A DNA stretch of 64,000 bases from Candidatus Zixiibacteriota bacterium (GTDB lineage Bacteria > Zixibacteria > MSB-5A5 > UBA10806 > 4484-95), in the NCBI GenBank assembly GCA_037441845.1, contig JBBIRK010000002.1:307583-371582 (forward strand), given 5' to 3'. The notes below the pieces were generated by a model. The model did not search any database. It saw only the letters and a list, made by a program, of their open reading frames with translations, and was not told the origin of the DNA. The translations under genes were made by a program, and so were the position numbers. This document shows positions 10,170 through 18,875 of the stretch, piece by piece; positions within the stretch are counted from its first letter, which is position 1; every line of letters begins with the position of its first letter.

Positions 10170-11381
10170 ATGAATTTCGAATTCACTCAGGATCATCTGG
10201 CGACCACCAAATTGAGCCGCGATTTCGCGGCCAGGAACGTTCTGCCGACGATCAGGGAAAACGACCGCAATTCGTATTTCGATAGAACGATTCTCAAGAA
10301 GATGGCGGAGGCTGATCTGCTCGGGATCTGTTTCCCCGAAAAATACGGCGGCGCGGGATTGGATTATATATGTTTGGGGCTTGCCTGCGAGGAACTTGAA
10401 TACGCGGATACCTCGGCGAGGGTGATACTCTCGGTTCATATCGGGCTCAATTCGCTTACGCTTTTGTCGTGGGGAAACGCGCAACAAAAAGAAAAGTATC
10501 TGGTTCCTCAGGTCAATGGCGAAAAAATCGGCAGTTTCGGATTGACCGAGCCGAACGCCGGATCGGATGTGGTCGGGATTCAATCCACGGCTGTCAAGCG
10601 GGGCGGCAAATACATTTTGAACGGCGAAAAGATGTGGATAAGCCTGGGGGACGTGGCCGATAATTTTCTGGTGTTCGCCTGGACCGATCAGGAAAAAAAG
10701 CGGGCCAGGGATCACCGGGGAATGTCGGCTTTTATAGTGGAACGCGCTTTTCCCGGAGTGACCACCGGCACTATCCACGGCAAGCTGGGAGTAAGAGCAG
10801 GCAACACCGGCTGGATATCGATGCAGGACGTCGAGGTGCCGGAAGAGAATCTGCTTGGGCATGAGGGGGAAGGATTCGGAATCGCCATGTTTTGTTTGGA
10901 ACAGGGGCGTTACACGGTGGCGGCGGGATCCACAGGGCTTATCAAGGCCTGTCTTGACGCCTGCGTGAACTATTCCCAATCGCGTCGCACGTTCGAGGCG
11001 CCGATCGGAGAGCATCAATTGGTGAAGGAGATGATCGCCGGTATGGCGGCGGGGTACGAATTTTCCCGCTTGCTGTGGCTGAAAGCGGGCTGGATGCGCA
11101 ACGCCGGTATCCGCTGCACGCGCGAGACGGCGTTGGCCAAATGGATAGCCTGTCAGGAGGCCGAAAAAGCTGCGGCGGATGCGGTTCAGGTCCACGGCGC
11201 TTACGGGTTCTCCGACGAATATCCGGTCGAGCGGTTTTACCGCAATGCCAAAGGTGCATCGATATACGAAGGAACAAGAGAGATCCAGAAATTGATGCAG
11301 GCCGATTACGCGCTCGGAATCAGACAAGATAAGCCGCGCAGAGTGAATCTCCCCCGCTGGCCGTTCGAGGAAAACGTGTGA
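10170..11381 (+). CDS. acyl-CoA dehydrogenase (glutaryl-CoA dehydrogenase-like)
   Basis: GLTEPNAGSD, LNGEKMWIS, QVHGAYG, IYEGT; GGAGG RBS before ATG 10170. Confidence 0.92.
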   Translation: MNFEFTQDHLATTKLSRDFAARNVLPTIRENDRNSYFDRTILKKMAEADLLGICFPEKYGGAGLDYICLGLACEELEYADTSARVILSVHIGLNSLTLLSWGNAQQKEKYLVPQVNGEKIGSFGLTEPNAGSDVVGIQSTAVKRGGKYILNGEKMWISLGDVADNFLVFAWTDQEKKRARDHRGMSAFIVERAFPGVTTGTIHGKLGVRAGNTGWISMQDVEVPEENLLGHEGEGFGIAMFCLEQGRYTVAAGSTGLIKACLDACVNYSQSRRTFEAPIGEHQLVKEMIAGMAAGYEFSRLLWLKAGWMRNAGIRCTRETALAKWIACQEAEKAAADAVQVHGAYGFSDEYPVERFYRNAKGASIYEGTREIQKLMQADYALGIRQDKPRRVNLPRWPFEENV

Positions 11382-11875
11382 GCGAAACCGCGGAAACGAC
11401 GATCCTCGAAATCGAGGAAAAAGATAGGGAATGGATCCGGGCGATAATGGCCGGAACCTGGGGAAGCAGCATTATTATAAGCCGGGGGAAGAAGCATCTT
11501 GCGGATCGATATCCCGGGTTCATTGCGAAACGGAATAATCGGAATTGCGGGTTTGCCGTTTATGAAATTATAGAAGGGCAGTGCGAGTTAGTCGCCATGC
11601 GCAGCCTGATGGAGGGGGAAGGAATCGGAACGTTGTTGCTGAAAGCGGTGGAAGAAAAGGCGTTGCAAAAACGATGTCGCCGGCTCTGGCTGGTGACGAC
11701 CAACGACAACATTCCGGCGCTCGAATTCTACGGCAAGCGTGGATTCAGGCAAGTGGCGGTTCATAAAGATGCGGTGACTGGATATCGCAAGCTCAAGCCC
11801 GAGATACCACTTTACGGACACGGCGGCATACCGATAAGAGATGAAATCGAACTGGAGATCGATTTAGGCCGATAG
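11378..11875 (+). CDS. GNAT family N-acetyltransferase
   Basis: EGEGIGTLLL, TTNDNIPALEFYGKRGF; GTGA overlap with upstream gene. Confidence 0.88.
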   Translation: MSETAETTILEIEEKDREWIRAIMAGTWGSSIIISRGKKHLADRYPGFIAKRNNRNCGFAVYEIIEGQCELVAMRSLMEGEGIGTLLLKAVEEKALQKRCRRLWLVTTNDNIPALEFYGKRGFRQVAVHKDAVTGYRKLKPEIPLYGHGGIPIRDEIELEIDLGR

Positions 11876-11947
11876 GCGGAATCGATGCGAAAAATCGAGG
11901 ATCGACATTTCGCTGGAACGTGGTCGAAAATTTCGAAAAGATGGCGA

Positions 11948-12433
11948 TCAATCGGGCGGCAGTTCGATATCTTTCCAGGCCAGAGTGGCTTTGCCGGTTT
12001 TCAAGTTGAAAAAGTCGAGCAGCATCTGCCGGCAATCGTTTCGGGCGACACCGCTGACGATTTCGACGCCCGCCTGCCTTAGAAAATCGAATCTGGAGCC
12101 GCCGGCGCCTTTGAGAATGTCACGTTCGCCGAACACGACTTTTTTCATGCCGTAGTGGATTATGGCTCCGGCGCACATCGCGCAAGGCTCGAGAGTCGAA
12201 TAAATCACGACGTCATCGAGCACGAAATCATCGCCGATTAAACCCGAAAGGTCACCCAGGCAATCGATCTCGGCGTGGCGCGTGATATCGATCGCCTGAA
12301 TGCGGCGATTGTGGCCGTAAGCGACGATGCGGCCGTCTTTGACCGCCACCGCGCCTATGGGAACCTCACTTTCAGCAAGCCCCCGCCGGGCCTGATTGAT
12401 CGCCTCCTGCATGAAAAATTCATCTTTTTCCAT
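11948..12433 (-). CDS. tadA: nucleoside deaminase, TadA-like
   Basis: EVPIGAV, HAE, TLEPCAMCAGAI zinc motifs; start at ATG 12433. Confidence 0.8.
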   Translation of the reverse strand: MEKDEFFMQEAINQARRGLAESEVPIGAVAVKDGRIVAYGHNRRIQAIDITRHAEIDCLGDLSGLIGDDFVLDDVVIYSTLEPCAMCAGAIIHYGMKKVVFGERDILKGAGGSRFDFLRQAGVEIVSGVARNDCRQMLLDFFNLKTGKATLAWKDIELPPD

Positions 12434-12666
12434 AACTTTCTTCCCTATTGAAATCCGTTGTTCCGTCGTTTTTCGATTTATACGATAAAAGCCGCGGTAA
12501 TGCAAGGAATTGCTTGGGGAAAACAGCGGATCCATCCTCGGTAAAGTTCAATTCCGGGAATAAGCGGATTACTTTAGACGAGCTGCCGAAACAAAACGGA
12601 CATAACTCATGTTATCCGCAATCATATGGAACATATGGAAATTCCAAACAACGGGATTGGAGGCCG

Positions 12667-13749
12667 ATGACGACCAAAAGCAAATTGATAGGTATTATCA
12701 CCGTGGCGGTTGCGGTTGCCGGAGCCGCCTATGCGTTACCGAGATTCGCCGCCCGGGCCGAGCAGAAATGTAATCTCTGCCATATCAGCCCGAACGGCGG
12801 CGGGATGAGAAACTCTTTCGGAGGACAATATTTCGCTCAGACCGAAATGGCCGCCCGTAAGGTCGATTTCGAGGATATCGGGAGGTTCGACCCGATGGTT
12901 TCCAACAGCATAGCGATCGGGGCGGATATCCGAACCTTGTATCATCACGACGAGGATACCGAGCAATCGACTTTTTTCCAGATGGAGGGGAATTTTTACC
13001 TGACGGCGCAATTGGACGAACGATTTTCGGCCACTCTCAATCGTGGTTTGTATTCGGGATTCGAGGCCTATGGACTGGCTTATCTATTGCCGTGGGAAGG
13101 ATATATCAAGGCGGGGAAATTCCAGCCCGCTTATGGCTGGTACACCGACGATCATACGACGTTCGTTCGGGAGAAGATGCTTTGGCGTCCCGGTTCGTAC
13201 GATACGGGGATTGAGATCGGTCTGCTGCCGCAAAATTTTTCGGCGTCGCTGGGGATTTTCAACGGATCATCGGGGAGTTTCGACGAAAACAAAAGCAAAG
13301 CGATGGCGGCGCGCGCCGAGTTGAGGCGGAATGTAAGCGGAATCGGATTGGGCTTGGGGGGATCCTATTATTACAATCGACGGCCGGCGGCCAGGGTCGA
13401 TATGTATGGTCCGTTTTACTATTTGAAAAGCGGCGCGCTGGTGCTGACCGGCGAAATCGGCTTGCTGGGCACCGATTCGGACCATTCCGACGGCTCGGCT
13501 TTGGCGGTTTCGCAGGAAATCGCGTGGGAGATAAAACGAGGATATTGGATCAAGGCGCAATACGATTTTTCCGATCCCGATATCGATATCAAGAGCGGGG
13601 CGTCGGTCCGCTACGGCGCGGGGCTGCAGTATTTTCCGATTGGATTCGTCGAGATAGCGCCGCTGATCAGATATTACGACGAGATCGATGCTTCGGGGAA
13701 TCATGACGGGTATGTGGTTTTCGACGGTCAGTTGCACTTTTTTTTCTAA
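12667..13749 (+). CDS. outer-membrane beta-barrel with N-terminal c-type heme motif (Cyc2-like fused cytochrome-porin)
   Basis: Signal peptide ending AYA, then LPRFAARAEQKCNLCH; alternating beta-strand pattern; C-terminal GQLHFFF aromatic beta-signal. Confidence 0.7.
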   Translation: MTTKSKLIGIITVAVAVAGAAYALPRFAARAEQKCNLCHISPNGGGMRNSFGGQYFAQTEMAARKVDFEDIGRFDPMVSNSIAIGADIRTLYHHDEDTEQSTFFQMEGNFYLTAQLDERFSATLNRGLYSGFEAYGLAYLLPWEGYIKAGKFQPAYGWYTDDHTTFVREKMLWRPGSYDTGIEIGLLPQNFSASLGIFNGSSGSFDENKSKAMAARAELRRNVSGIGLGLGGSYYYNRRPAARVDMYGPFYYLKSGALVLTGEIGLLGTDSDHSDGSALAVSQEIAWEIKRGYWIKAQYDFSDPDIDIKSGASVRYGAGLQYFPIGFVEIAPLIRYYDEIDASGNHDGYVVFDGQLHFFF

Positions 13750-13758
13750 GGAAACAAG

Positions 13759-14148
13759 ATGCTTAAGGGGACGATATTTCTGATTATTTTCGGTTTGTTT
13801 TTCGCAGGCGGTTGTTCCGATTTCGGCGACAGGATAACAGACGGCCAGGACCCGGCCGACACGCTGGTATATTTTTCGCGCGATATACAACCGATATTCA
13901 ACGCCAATTGCGGCGGCTGCCATGTTGGAGGAAATCAAGGGGGATTGACACTGGACAGCTACGCCACGCTCATGAAAGGCGGCGATTCGGGTCCGGTGGT
14001 GCGCGCCGGCTTGCCCGACAGCAGTCTTTTGGTCCAGCGTATCGAGGGAACGATCCAGCCGAGGATGCCGCTGGCCGGACAACCGCTGTCGGCCGCCGAT
14101 ATTCAAGCAATACGCCGCTGGATTCTTCAGGGAACGCACAATAACTGA
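13759..14148 (+). CDS. monoheme cytochrome c lipoprotein (planctomycete cytochrome c-type domain)
   Basis: Lipobox AGGC; FSRDIQPIF..NCGGCH, SSLLVQRI, RMP, IRRWILQG. Confidence 0.85.
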   Translation: MLKGTIFLIIFGLFFAGGCSDFGDRITDGQDPADTLVYFSRDIQPIFNANCGGCHVGGNQGGLTLDSYATLMKGGDSGPVVRAGLPDSSLLVQRIEGTIQPRMPLAGQPLSAADIQAIRRWILQGTHNN

Positions 14149-14256
14149 ACTTTCGGGGAAAACGCGGTTTCATCAATGACTCCGGCAGACCGCAGGCAAA
14201 AGAAGTAATGTCATTGAGGGCGTTCGGCCGGGGCGGCATTTATTGCGGTATCCGTA

Positions 14257-14285
14257 TTGACAACGGTACCGCTCCGTTGTAATAT
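14257..14285 (+). promoter_or_regulatory. sigma70 promoter for kdsB-pyrG-kdsA (TTGACA-N17-TAATAT) containing a perfect inverted repeat
   Basis: TTGACA 14257, TAATAT 14280; ACAACGG-N7-CCGTTGT at 14260-14280. Confidence 0.7.
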
Positions 14286-14290
14286 TATAT

Positions 14291-15037
14291 GTGCATAAAG
14301 TAATCGGAATAATACCCTCGCGTTACACCTCACGCAGGTTTCCGGGCAAGCCGCTGGCGCTGCTCGGAGGAATCCCGATAATAATCCGGGTGTGGAATCA
14401 GGCGAAAAAATCAAGGCTCATAGAAAAGATCATGGTGGCCACCGACGATCGGAGGATTTTCGATACCGTCGTCGGTCACGGCGGCGAAGCGGTGATGGTC
14501 GAGGGGGATTTCGCCAGCGGCAGCGATCGGGTGGCCGCGGCGGCGCGGAAAATCAAGGCGGAAATAGTGCTCAATATCCAAGGCGATGAGCCGCTGATTC
14601 GGCCGGAGATTATCGACGCCGTGATCGGGCAGTTGATCGAAAACGAGAATGTATCGATGAGCAGCGCCTGCTGCAAAATGGAAGGCGAAGCCGGGCTCGA
14701 TGATCCCAACGTGGTCAAGGCGGTGTTGGCGAAGGATGGAAAAGCGCTTTATTTTTCGCGCAGCCCTATCCCCTTTTCGGCGGATCACAACAAGGAAACG
14801 GATGCCAAGAGGAATCGAATCTGGTATCGGCATATCGGCGTTTACGGATTCCGCTATGATTTTCTTCAGCGATTCGCCGCGCTCAAACCGAGTGAACTGG
14901 AGATTGCCGAGGGACTGGAACAGCTGCGGGCGTTGGAGAACGGATTCGATATATATTGCGCGATCGAAAGACAACCGTTTTCGGGAATCGACACTCCGGC
15001 GGATATAAGCAGAGCCGAAAAAATGCTGGGTGGATAG
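14291..15037 (+). CDS. kdsB: 3-deoxy-manno-octulosonate cytidylyltransferase
   Basis: IPSRYTSRRFPGKPL, SGSDR, NIQGDEP, LYFSRSPIP, EGLEQLRALENG. Confidence 0.97.
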   Translation: MHKVIGIIPSRYTSRRFPGKPLALLGGIPIIIRVWNQAKKSRLIEKIMVATDDRRIFDTVVGHGGEAVMVEGDFASGSDRVAAAARKIKAEIVLNIQGDEPLIRPEIIDAVIGQLIENENVSMSSACCKMEGEAGLDDPNVVKAVLAKDGKALYFSRSPIPFSADHNKETDAKRNRIWYRHIGVYGFRYDFLQRFAALKPSELEIAEGLEQLRALENGFDIYCAIERQPFSGIDTPADISRAEKMLGG

Positions 15038-15042
15038 GAAAT

Positions 15043-16719
15043 ATGACATACACTAACAGTAATCGAACCAAGAACATATTTATCACCGGCGGCGTGGCCT
15101 CCTCGCTGGGCAAAGGGATCGCCGCGGCCAGCATAGGGTTGTTGCTCAAGTCGCGCGGGCTCGAAGTGAGGCTTCAGAAGTTCGACCCCTATATCAATGC
15201 CGATGCCGGCACCATGAATCCTTTCCAGCACGGCGAGGTGTTCGTGCTCGAGGACGGAGCGGAAACCGATCTCGATCTGGGTCACTACGAGCGGTTTATC
15301 GACGTGAATTTGAACCGCTTATCCAACGTGACCTCGGGGCAGATTTTCAACACGGTTATCCAGCGCGAACGCCGGGGCGATTATCTGGGGGCCTGCGTGC
15401 AGGTGATACCGCATATCACCGATGAGATCAAGTCCCGCTGTTCGTTGATCGCCCGCCAGGACGAAAACGTGGACGTGGTCATCACCGAAATCGGCGGCAC
15501 GGTGGGCGATATCGAATCGTTGCCGTTTCTCGAGGCTATCCGTCAGATCGGGCTGGAGTCGGGACGGGAGAACACCTTGTTCGTCCATTTGACGCTGGTG
15601 CCGTATTTGAGCACATCGGACGAACTGAAGACGAAACCGACCCAGCATTCGGTCAAGATGCTGAGGGAAATCGGAATTCAGCCGGATATTTTGATCTGCC
15701 GGACGACCAAGCCGCTGTCGCGCGAAATAAAGAAAAAGATAGGGTTGTTCTGCAACATTCCTCCGGAGGCGGTGATCGAGAATCTCGATTGCTCGACCAT
15801 ATACGAGGTGCCGATCGCTTTTCACGCCGAGCTGGTGGACAATTTAATCGTGCATTATCTTAAATTGCTATGCAAGGACTTGAGCCTCGAGCACTGGCGG
15901 GAAATGGTGCATCGGATCAAAAACCCCAAGCACAGCGTCAAAATCGCGATTTGCGGAAAATATATCAATTTGAAGGACGCCTATAAGTCGATAATCGAGG
16001 CGTTCATACATGCCGGCGTTCCGACCGAGACCAGAGTCGATCTGGAATGGATTTCCTCGGAGGATATCACCCAGGAGGGGGCGGAAAAATACTTGGCCGA
16101 GGTGGACGGCGTGCTGATACCCGGGGGGTTCGGCGAACGCGGTATAGAGGGAAAAATCAAGGCGGTGCAGTTCGTCCGGGAAAGAGGAATACCGTTTTTG
16201 GGGATCTGTCTGGGTCTTCAATGCGCGGTCATAGAATTCGCCCGCAACGTCTGCGGCATGGAAGGGGCGCACTCTTACGAATTCAACGCCGAAACGCCGC
16301 ATCCGGTCATTCACCTGATGGACGATCAGCGGCACTTGACAAGAATGGGCGGCACCATGAGACTCGGCGCCTACCCCTGTGTTTTAAGTTCGGGGACGGC
16401 CGCGGCCAAGTTGTATGGCAAGCTGAAATTCGCGGAGCGTCATCGCCACCGCTATGAAGTGAACAATGAATACCGGGAGCGTCTGTCCGGCGCGGGAATG
16501 GTGTTCTCCGGACTTTCGCCGGACAGCAATCTGGTGGAGATGATCGAGCTGCCATCGCACCCGTATTTCATAGGCTGTCAATTTCATCCGGAACTTAAAT
16601 CGCGCCCGCTTTCGCCGCATCCTCTATTCGTGGGATTGGTCAAGGCGGCGCTCGAATACAAGCGATCGAAAAAGGTCATGCAGGAGATTATCGACGATCG
16701 ACAGGCGAGAAAAAGATGA
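15043..16719 (+). CDS. pyrG: CTP synthase
   Basis: ITGGVASSLGKG, ETDLDLGHYERF, GICLG, QFHPE; start ATG 15043. Confidence 0.98.
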   Translation: MTYTNSNRTKNIFITGGVASSLGKGIAAASIGLLLKSRGLEVRLQKFDPYINADAGTMNPFQHGEVFVLEDGAETDLDLGHYERFIDVNLNRLSNVTSGQIFNTVIQRERRGDYLGACVQVIPHITDEIKSRCSLIARQDENVDVVITEIGGTVGDIESLPFLEAIRQIGLESGRENTLFVHLTLVPYLSTSDELKTKPTQHSVKMLREIGIQPDILICRTTKPLSREIKKKIGLFCNIPPEAVIENLDCSTIYEVPIAFHAELVDNLIVHYLKLLCKDLSLEHWREMVHRIKNPKHSVKIAICGKYINLKDAYKSIIEAFIHAGVPTETRVDLEWISSEDITQEGAEKYLAEVDGVLIPGGFGERGIEGKIKAVQFVRERGIPFLGICLGLQCAVIEFARNVCGMEGAHSYEFNAETPHPVIHLMDDQRHLTRMGGTMRLGAYPCVLSSGTAAAKLYGKLKFAERHRHRYEVNNEYRERLSGAGMVFSGLSPDSNLVEMIELPSHPYFIGCQFHPELKSRPLSPHPLFVGLVKAALEYKRSKKVMQEIIDDRQARKR

Positions 16720-17123
16720 AAAAATCGATTTTGCCGATTCTGCTGGCCGCTGCGATTTTCTGCGGCCCCGGGCATAAGGACGAAGAATCGGTCTTGGACG
16801 TCCCCTACCCTCCCGACAGCGAGGTGGTCTATTATCAGCAGCAATGTGATTCCGGATATCAGGATTACTGGATGGATATCAAGGCGGTCAGTTCGGCGTT
16901 CATGTACAATTCGAAATACGCGTCGAGTCAGGTCAAGATAACTCAGTTGCGTATAAGGGAAGAAGAGCTGCTGAAAGGAACGGTCGAGGCATGGCTGCCT
17001 GACGTTTTGGTGGAAATTCGACTGGAGAGACGGTTCAAGAATCTGGGCAAGAAATCGATCTGGCAGGTGGTGGAGGTAAACGAGAAGCCGTGGCCGAAAT
17101 CAGATTCAAGATCGGGCAAGTAG
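16716..17123 (+). CDS. hypothetical exported protein or lipoprotein
   Basis: MKK + hydrophobic stretch + Cys; overlaps pyrG stop and kdsA start. Confidence 0.65.
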   Translation: MKKSILPILLAAAIFCGPGHKDEESVLDVPYPPDSEVVYYQQQCDSGYQDYWMDIKAVSSAFMYNSKYASSQVKITQLRIREEELLKGTVEAWLPDVLVEIRLERRFKNLGKKSIWQVVEVNEKPWPKSDSRSGK

Positions 17124-17920
17124 GGATCGGCGAGGAGCCGTTCATTATCGCCGGTCCGTGCGCGGTGGAGTCGAGGGAGATCGCGTTTCGAGCCGCCGAG
17201 GAGATCAAGAAGGTGGAATCGGCGGTGGGGATAAGTTTCATTTACAAGTCATCATATGCCAAAGCCAACCGATTATCGGTTGAATCGTTCGCCACGATCG
17301 GCAAGGCGGCGGCGTTGGAGATACTGGCCGAAGTCAAGCGGCAATTCGAGCTGCCGATATTGACCGACGTCCACGCCACCGACGAAATCGCGGATGCGGC
17401 TGCTGTAGCCGACTGTCTTCAGATACCGGCGTTTCTCTGCCGCCAGACGGAGCTCGTGCAAGCGGCCGCTGCGACCGGAATGCCGGTGAATATAAAAAAA
17501 GGGCAATTCATGGCGCCCGACGATATGGACAAGATCGCGCGCAAGGCGACGGCGGTCGGGAATTCCAAAGTGATGTTGACGGAACGCGGGACATCTTTCG
17601 GTTATCACGATTTGATCGTGGATTTTCGTTCGCTGGTAACGATGGCGGGATTCGGCTGGCCGGTGATTTTCGACTGCACGCATGCGGTGCAAAAACCGGG
17701 TGCCGGAGGGGGCCATTCGGGAGGCGATCGGGTATTCATTTTGCCGTTGGCCAAGGCCGCGGCGGCGGTGGGAATAGACGGCCTATTCGTGGAAACGCAT
17801 CCCGATCCGAGGAACGCCCTGAGCGATAAAGATTGCCAGTTGCCTTTGAGCGATCTGCGGCGATTCATATCGGAAGTGGCGGAAATCTGGCGTCATTCGA
17901 ATCGGATCGACTGGACTTGA
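17090..17920 (+). CDS. kdsA: KDO 8-phosphate synthase
   Basis: IAGPCAVES, KANRLS, QIPAFLCRQT, KKGQF, ERG, ETHPDP. Confidence 0.97.
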   Translation: MAEIRFKIGQVGIGEEPFIIAGPCAVESREIAFRAAEEIKKVESAVGISFIYKSSYAKANRLSVESFATIGKAAALEILAEVKRQFELPILTDVHATDEIADAAAVADCLQIPAFLCRQTELVQAAAATGMPVNIKKGQFMAPDDMDKIARKATAVGNSKVMLTERGTSFGYHDLIVDFRSLVTMAGFGWPVIFDCTHAVQKPGAGGGHSGGDRVFILPLAKAAAAVGIDGLFVETHPDPRNALSDKDCQLPLSDLRRFISEVAEIWRHSNRIDWT

Positions 17921-17982
17921 AGTCGAAGGGATCGGAACCGAATTCATCTCCGTTCTTGAAATCAATTCTTTCAATTAAGATA

Positions 17983-18011
17983 TTGACAATTATCCGCAGC
18001 GGTAATAAGTT
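17983..18011 (+). promoter_or_regulatory. sigma70-type promoter for the cas6-like gene (TTGACA-N17-TAAGTT)
   Basis: Perfect -35 in AT-rich intergenic region; AAGGAG RBS before GTG 18063. Confidence 0.55.
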
Positions 18012-18062
18012 CAATGCGATTTTTGGCAGAGTTGCAGTGCAGACTCATTCAAAGGAGTAATT

Positions 18063-18701
18063 GTGCTGGAAGTCAACTATCTGCTTTTGACTTTAAGGAC
18101 TGATAGACAAGTTAAGTTGGGAACCTCTCCCCTGTCGGTTTTTATATCTTCGGCCTATCAAAAAGAATTCGGTCAGATTTCGCATACGCTTTCCGGCGGA
18201 AGCTACCCGTTGTTGCAATATAAAGTGATCAGGGGGTCTCCTTTGATTGTGGCGATCAACGAGGGGCGGGATTTATTGTGGAAAATCTACGATGATCTCG
18301 ACAGCATCGATTGCAAAGGCGAATTCGTCATACTCGAAAAGCGCATAATCGAGAAAAAGGCGATGCTGGGTCCCACGGAGAGACGATTGAAATACCGCTT
18401 TTTGACTCCCTGGCTTACGATAACCGAGGCGGAATTGGCCAAGCAAGGCGGAACGGCATCGTTGGAGGAGGCGTTATTGCCGGTAATCGAAAGCAATCTT
18501 CGGGGGCTGTCGCGCAATTTCCACATTCCACTGGAGCAGCCGATAAGCGCGGGTTTCCATCTGCGGAGCGAGCATATCGTCCAGAAAGAATCGGGAATTA
18601 TGGGGTTCCTCGGGACTTTTTACATCAACTACGAGATTCCGCAGTTTCTGGGTTTGGGCCGCGGCGTAAGCCGGGGATTCGGAACAGTCAAGCAAAGTTA
18701 A
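18063..18701 (+). CDS. cas6: stand-alone Cas6b-family RAMP protein
   Basis: YPLLQYKVI..P.IVAINEG, YRFLTPW, GFLGTF..N..IP.FLGLGRGVSRGFGTV (Cas6 G-rich loop). Confidence 0.8.
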   Translation: MLEVNYLLLTLRTDRQVKLGTSPLSVFISSAYQKEFGQISHTLSGGSYPLLQYKVIRGSPLIVAINEGRDLLWKIYDDLDSIDCKGEFVILEKRIIEKKAMLGPTERRLKYRFLTPWLTITEAELAKQGGTASLEEALLPVIESNLRGLSRNFHIPLEQPISAGFHLRSEHIVQKESGIMGFLGTFYINYEIPQFLGLGRGVSRGFGTVKQS

Positions 18702-18875
18702 CTAAGAGATATTCCCCTATCTGCTATAAGTGGAACCTTAGGCGGCGCCGGAAGGGGGTGTTCAGTTTTTTCGGCGGCCCAGGTGAAAGTTCCGAGATAA
18801 ATCAGGACTGCTGTCGCTTAGCGGTTGACATGTTCTTTTTTCTCCAGTTTATTGATACCAGTTCTGGAGGTGCAG

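Noticed and set aside
12448..12666. N-terminal extensions given by the ORF track for the porin, and likewise for rfbB, pyrG, hutU, actF and int
   Set aside because: Downstream starts have RBSs, signal peptides or family-typical N-termini; extensions overlap promoters or neighbouring genes
17978..17990. 13-nt identity AGATATTGACAAT shared with the element palindrome at 57578-57590 (minus strand)
   Set aside because: Short, AT-rich and centred on a -35 hexamer; plausible by chance
18741..18765. SRP RNA (CCGGAAGG tetraloop-like)
   Set aside because: Lacks the conserved CAGG and AGCAG internal-loop strands
17921..18875. CRISPR array or mini-array flanking cas6
   Set aside because: No repeated 25-40 nt unit visible on either side or elsewhere in the window
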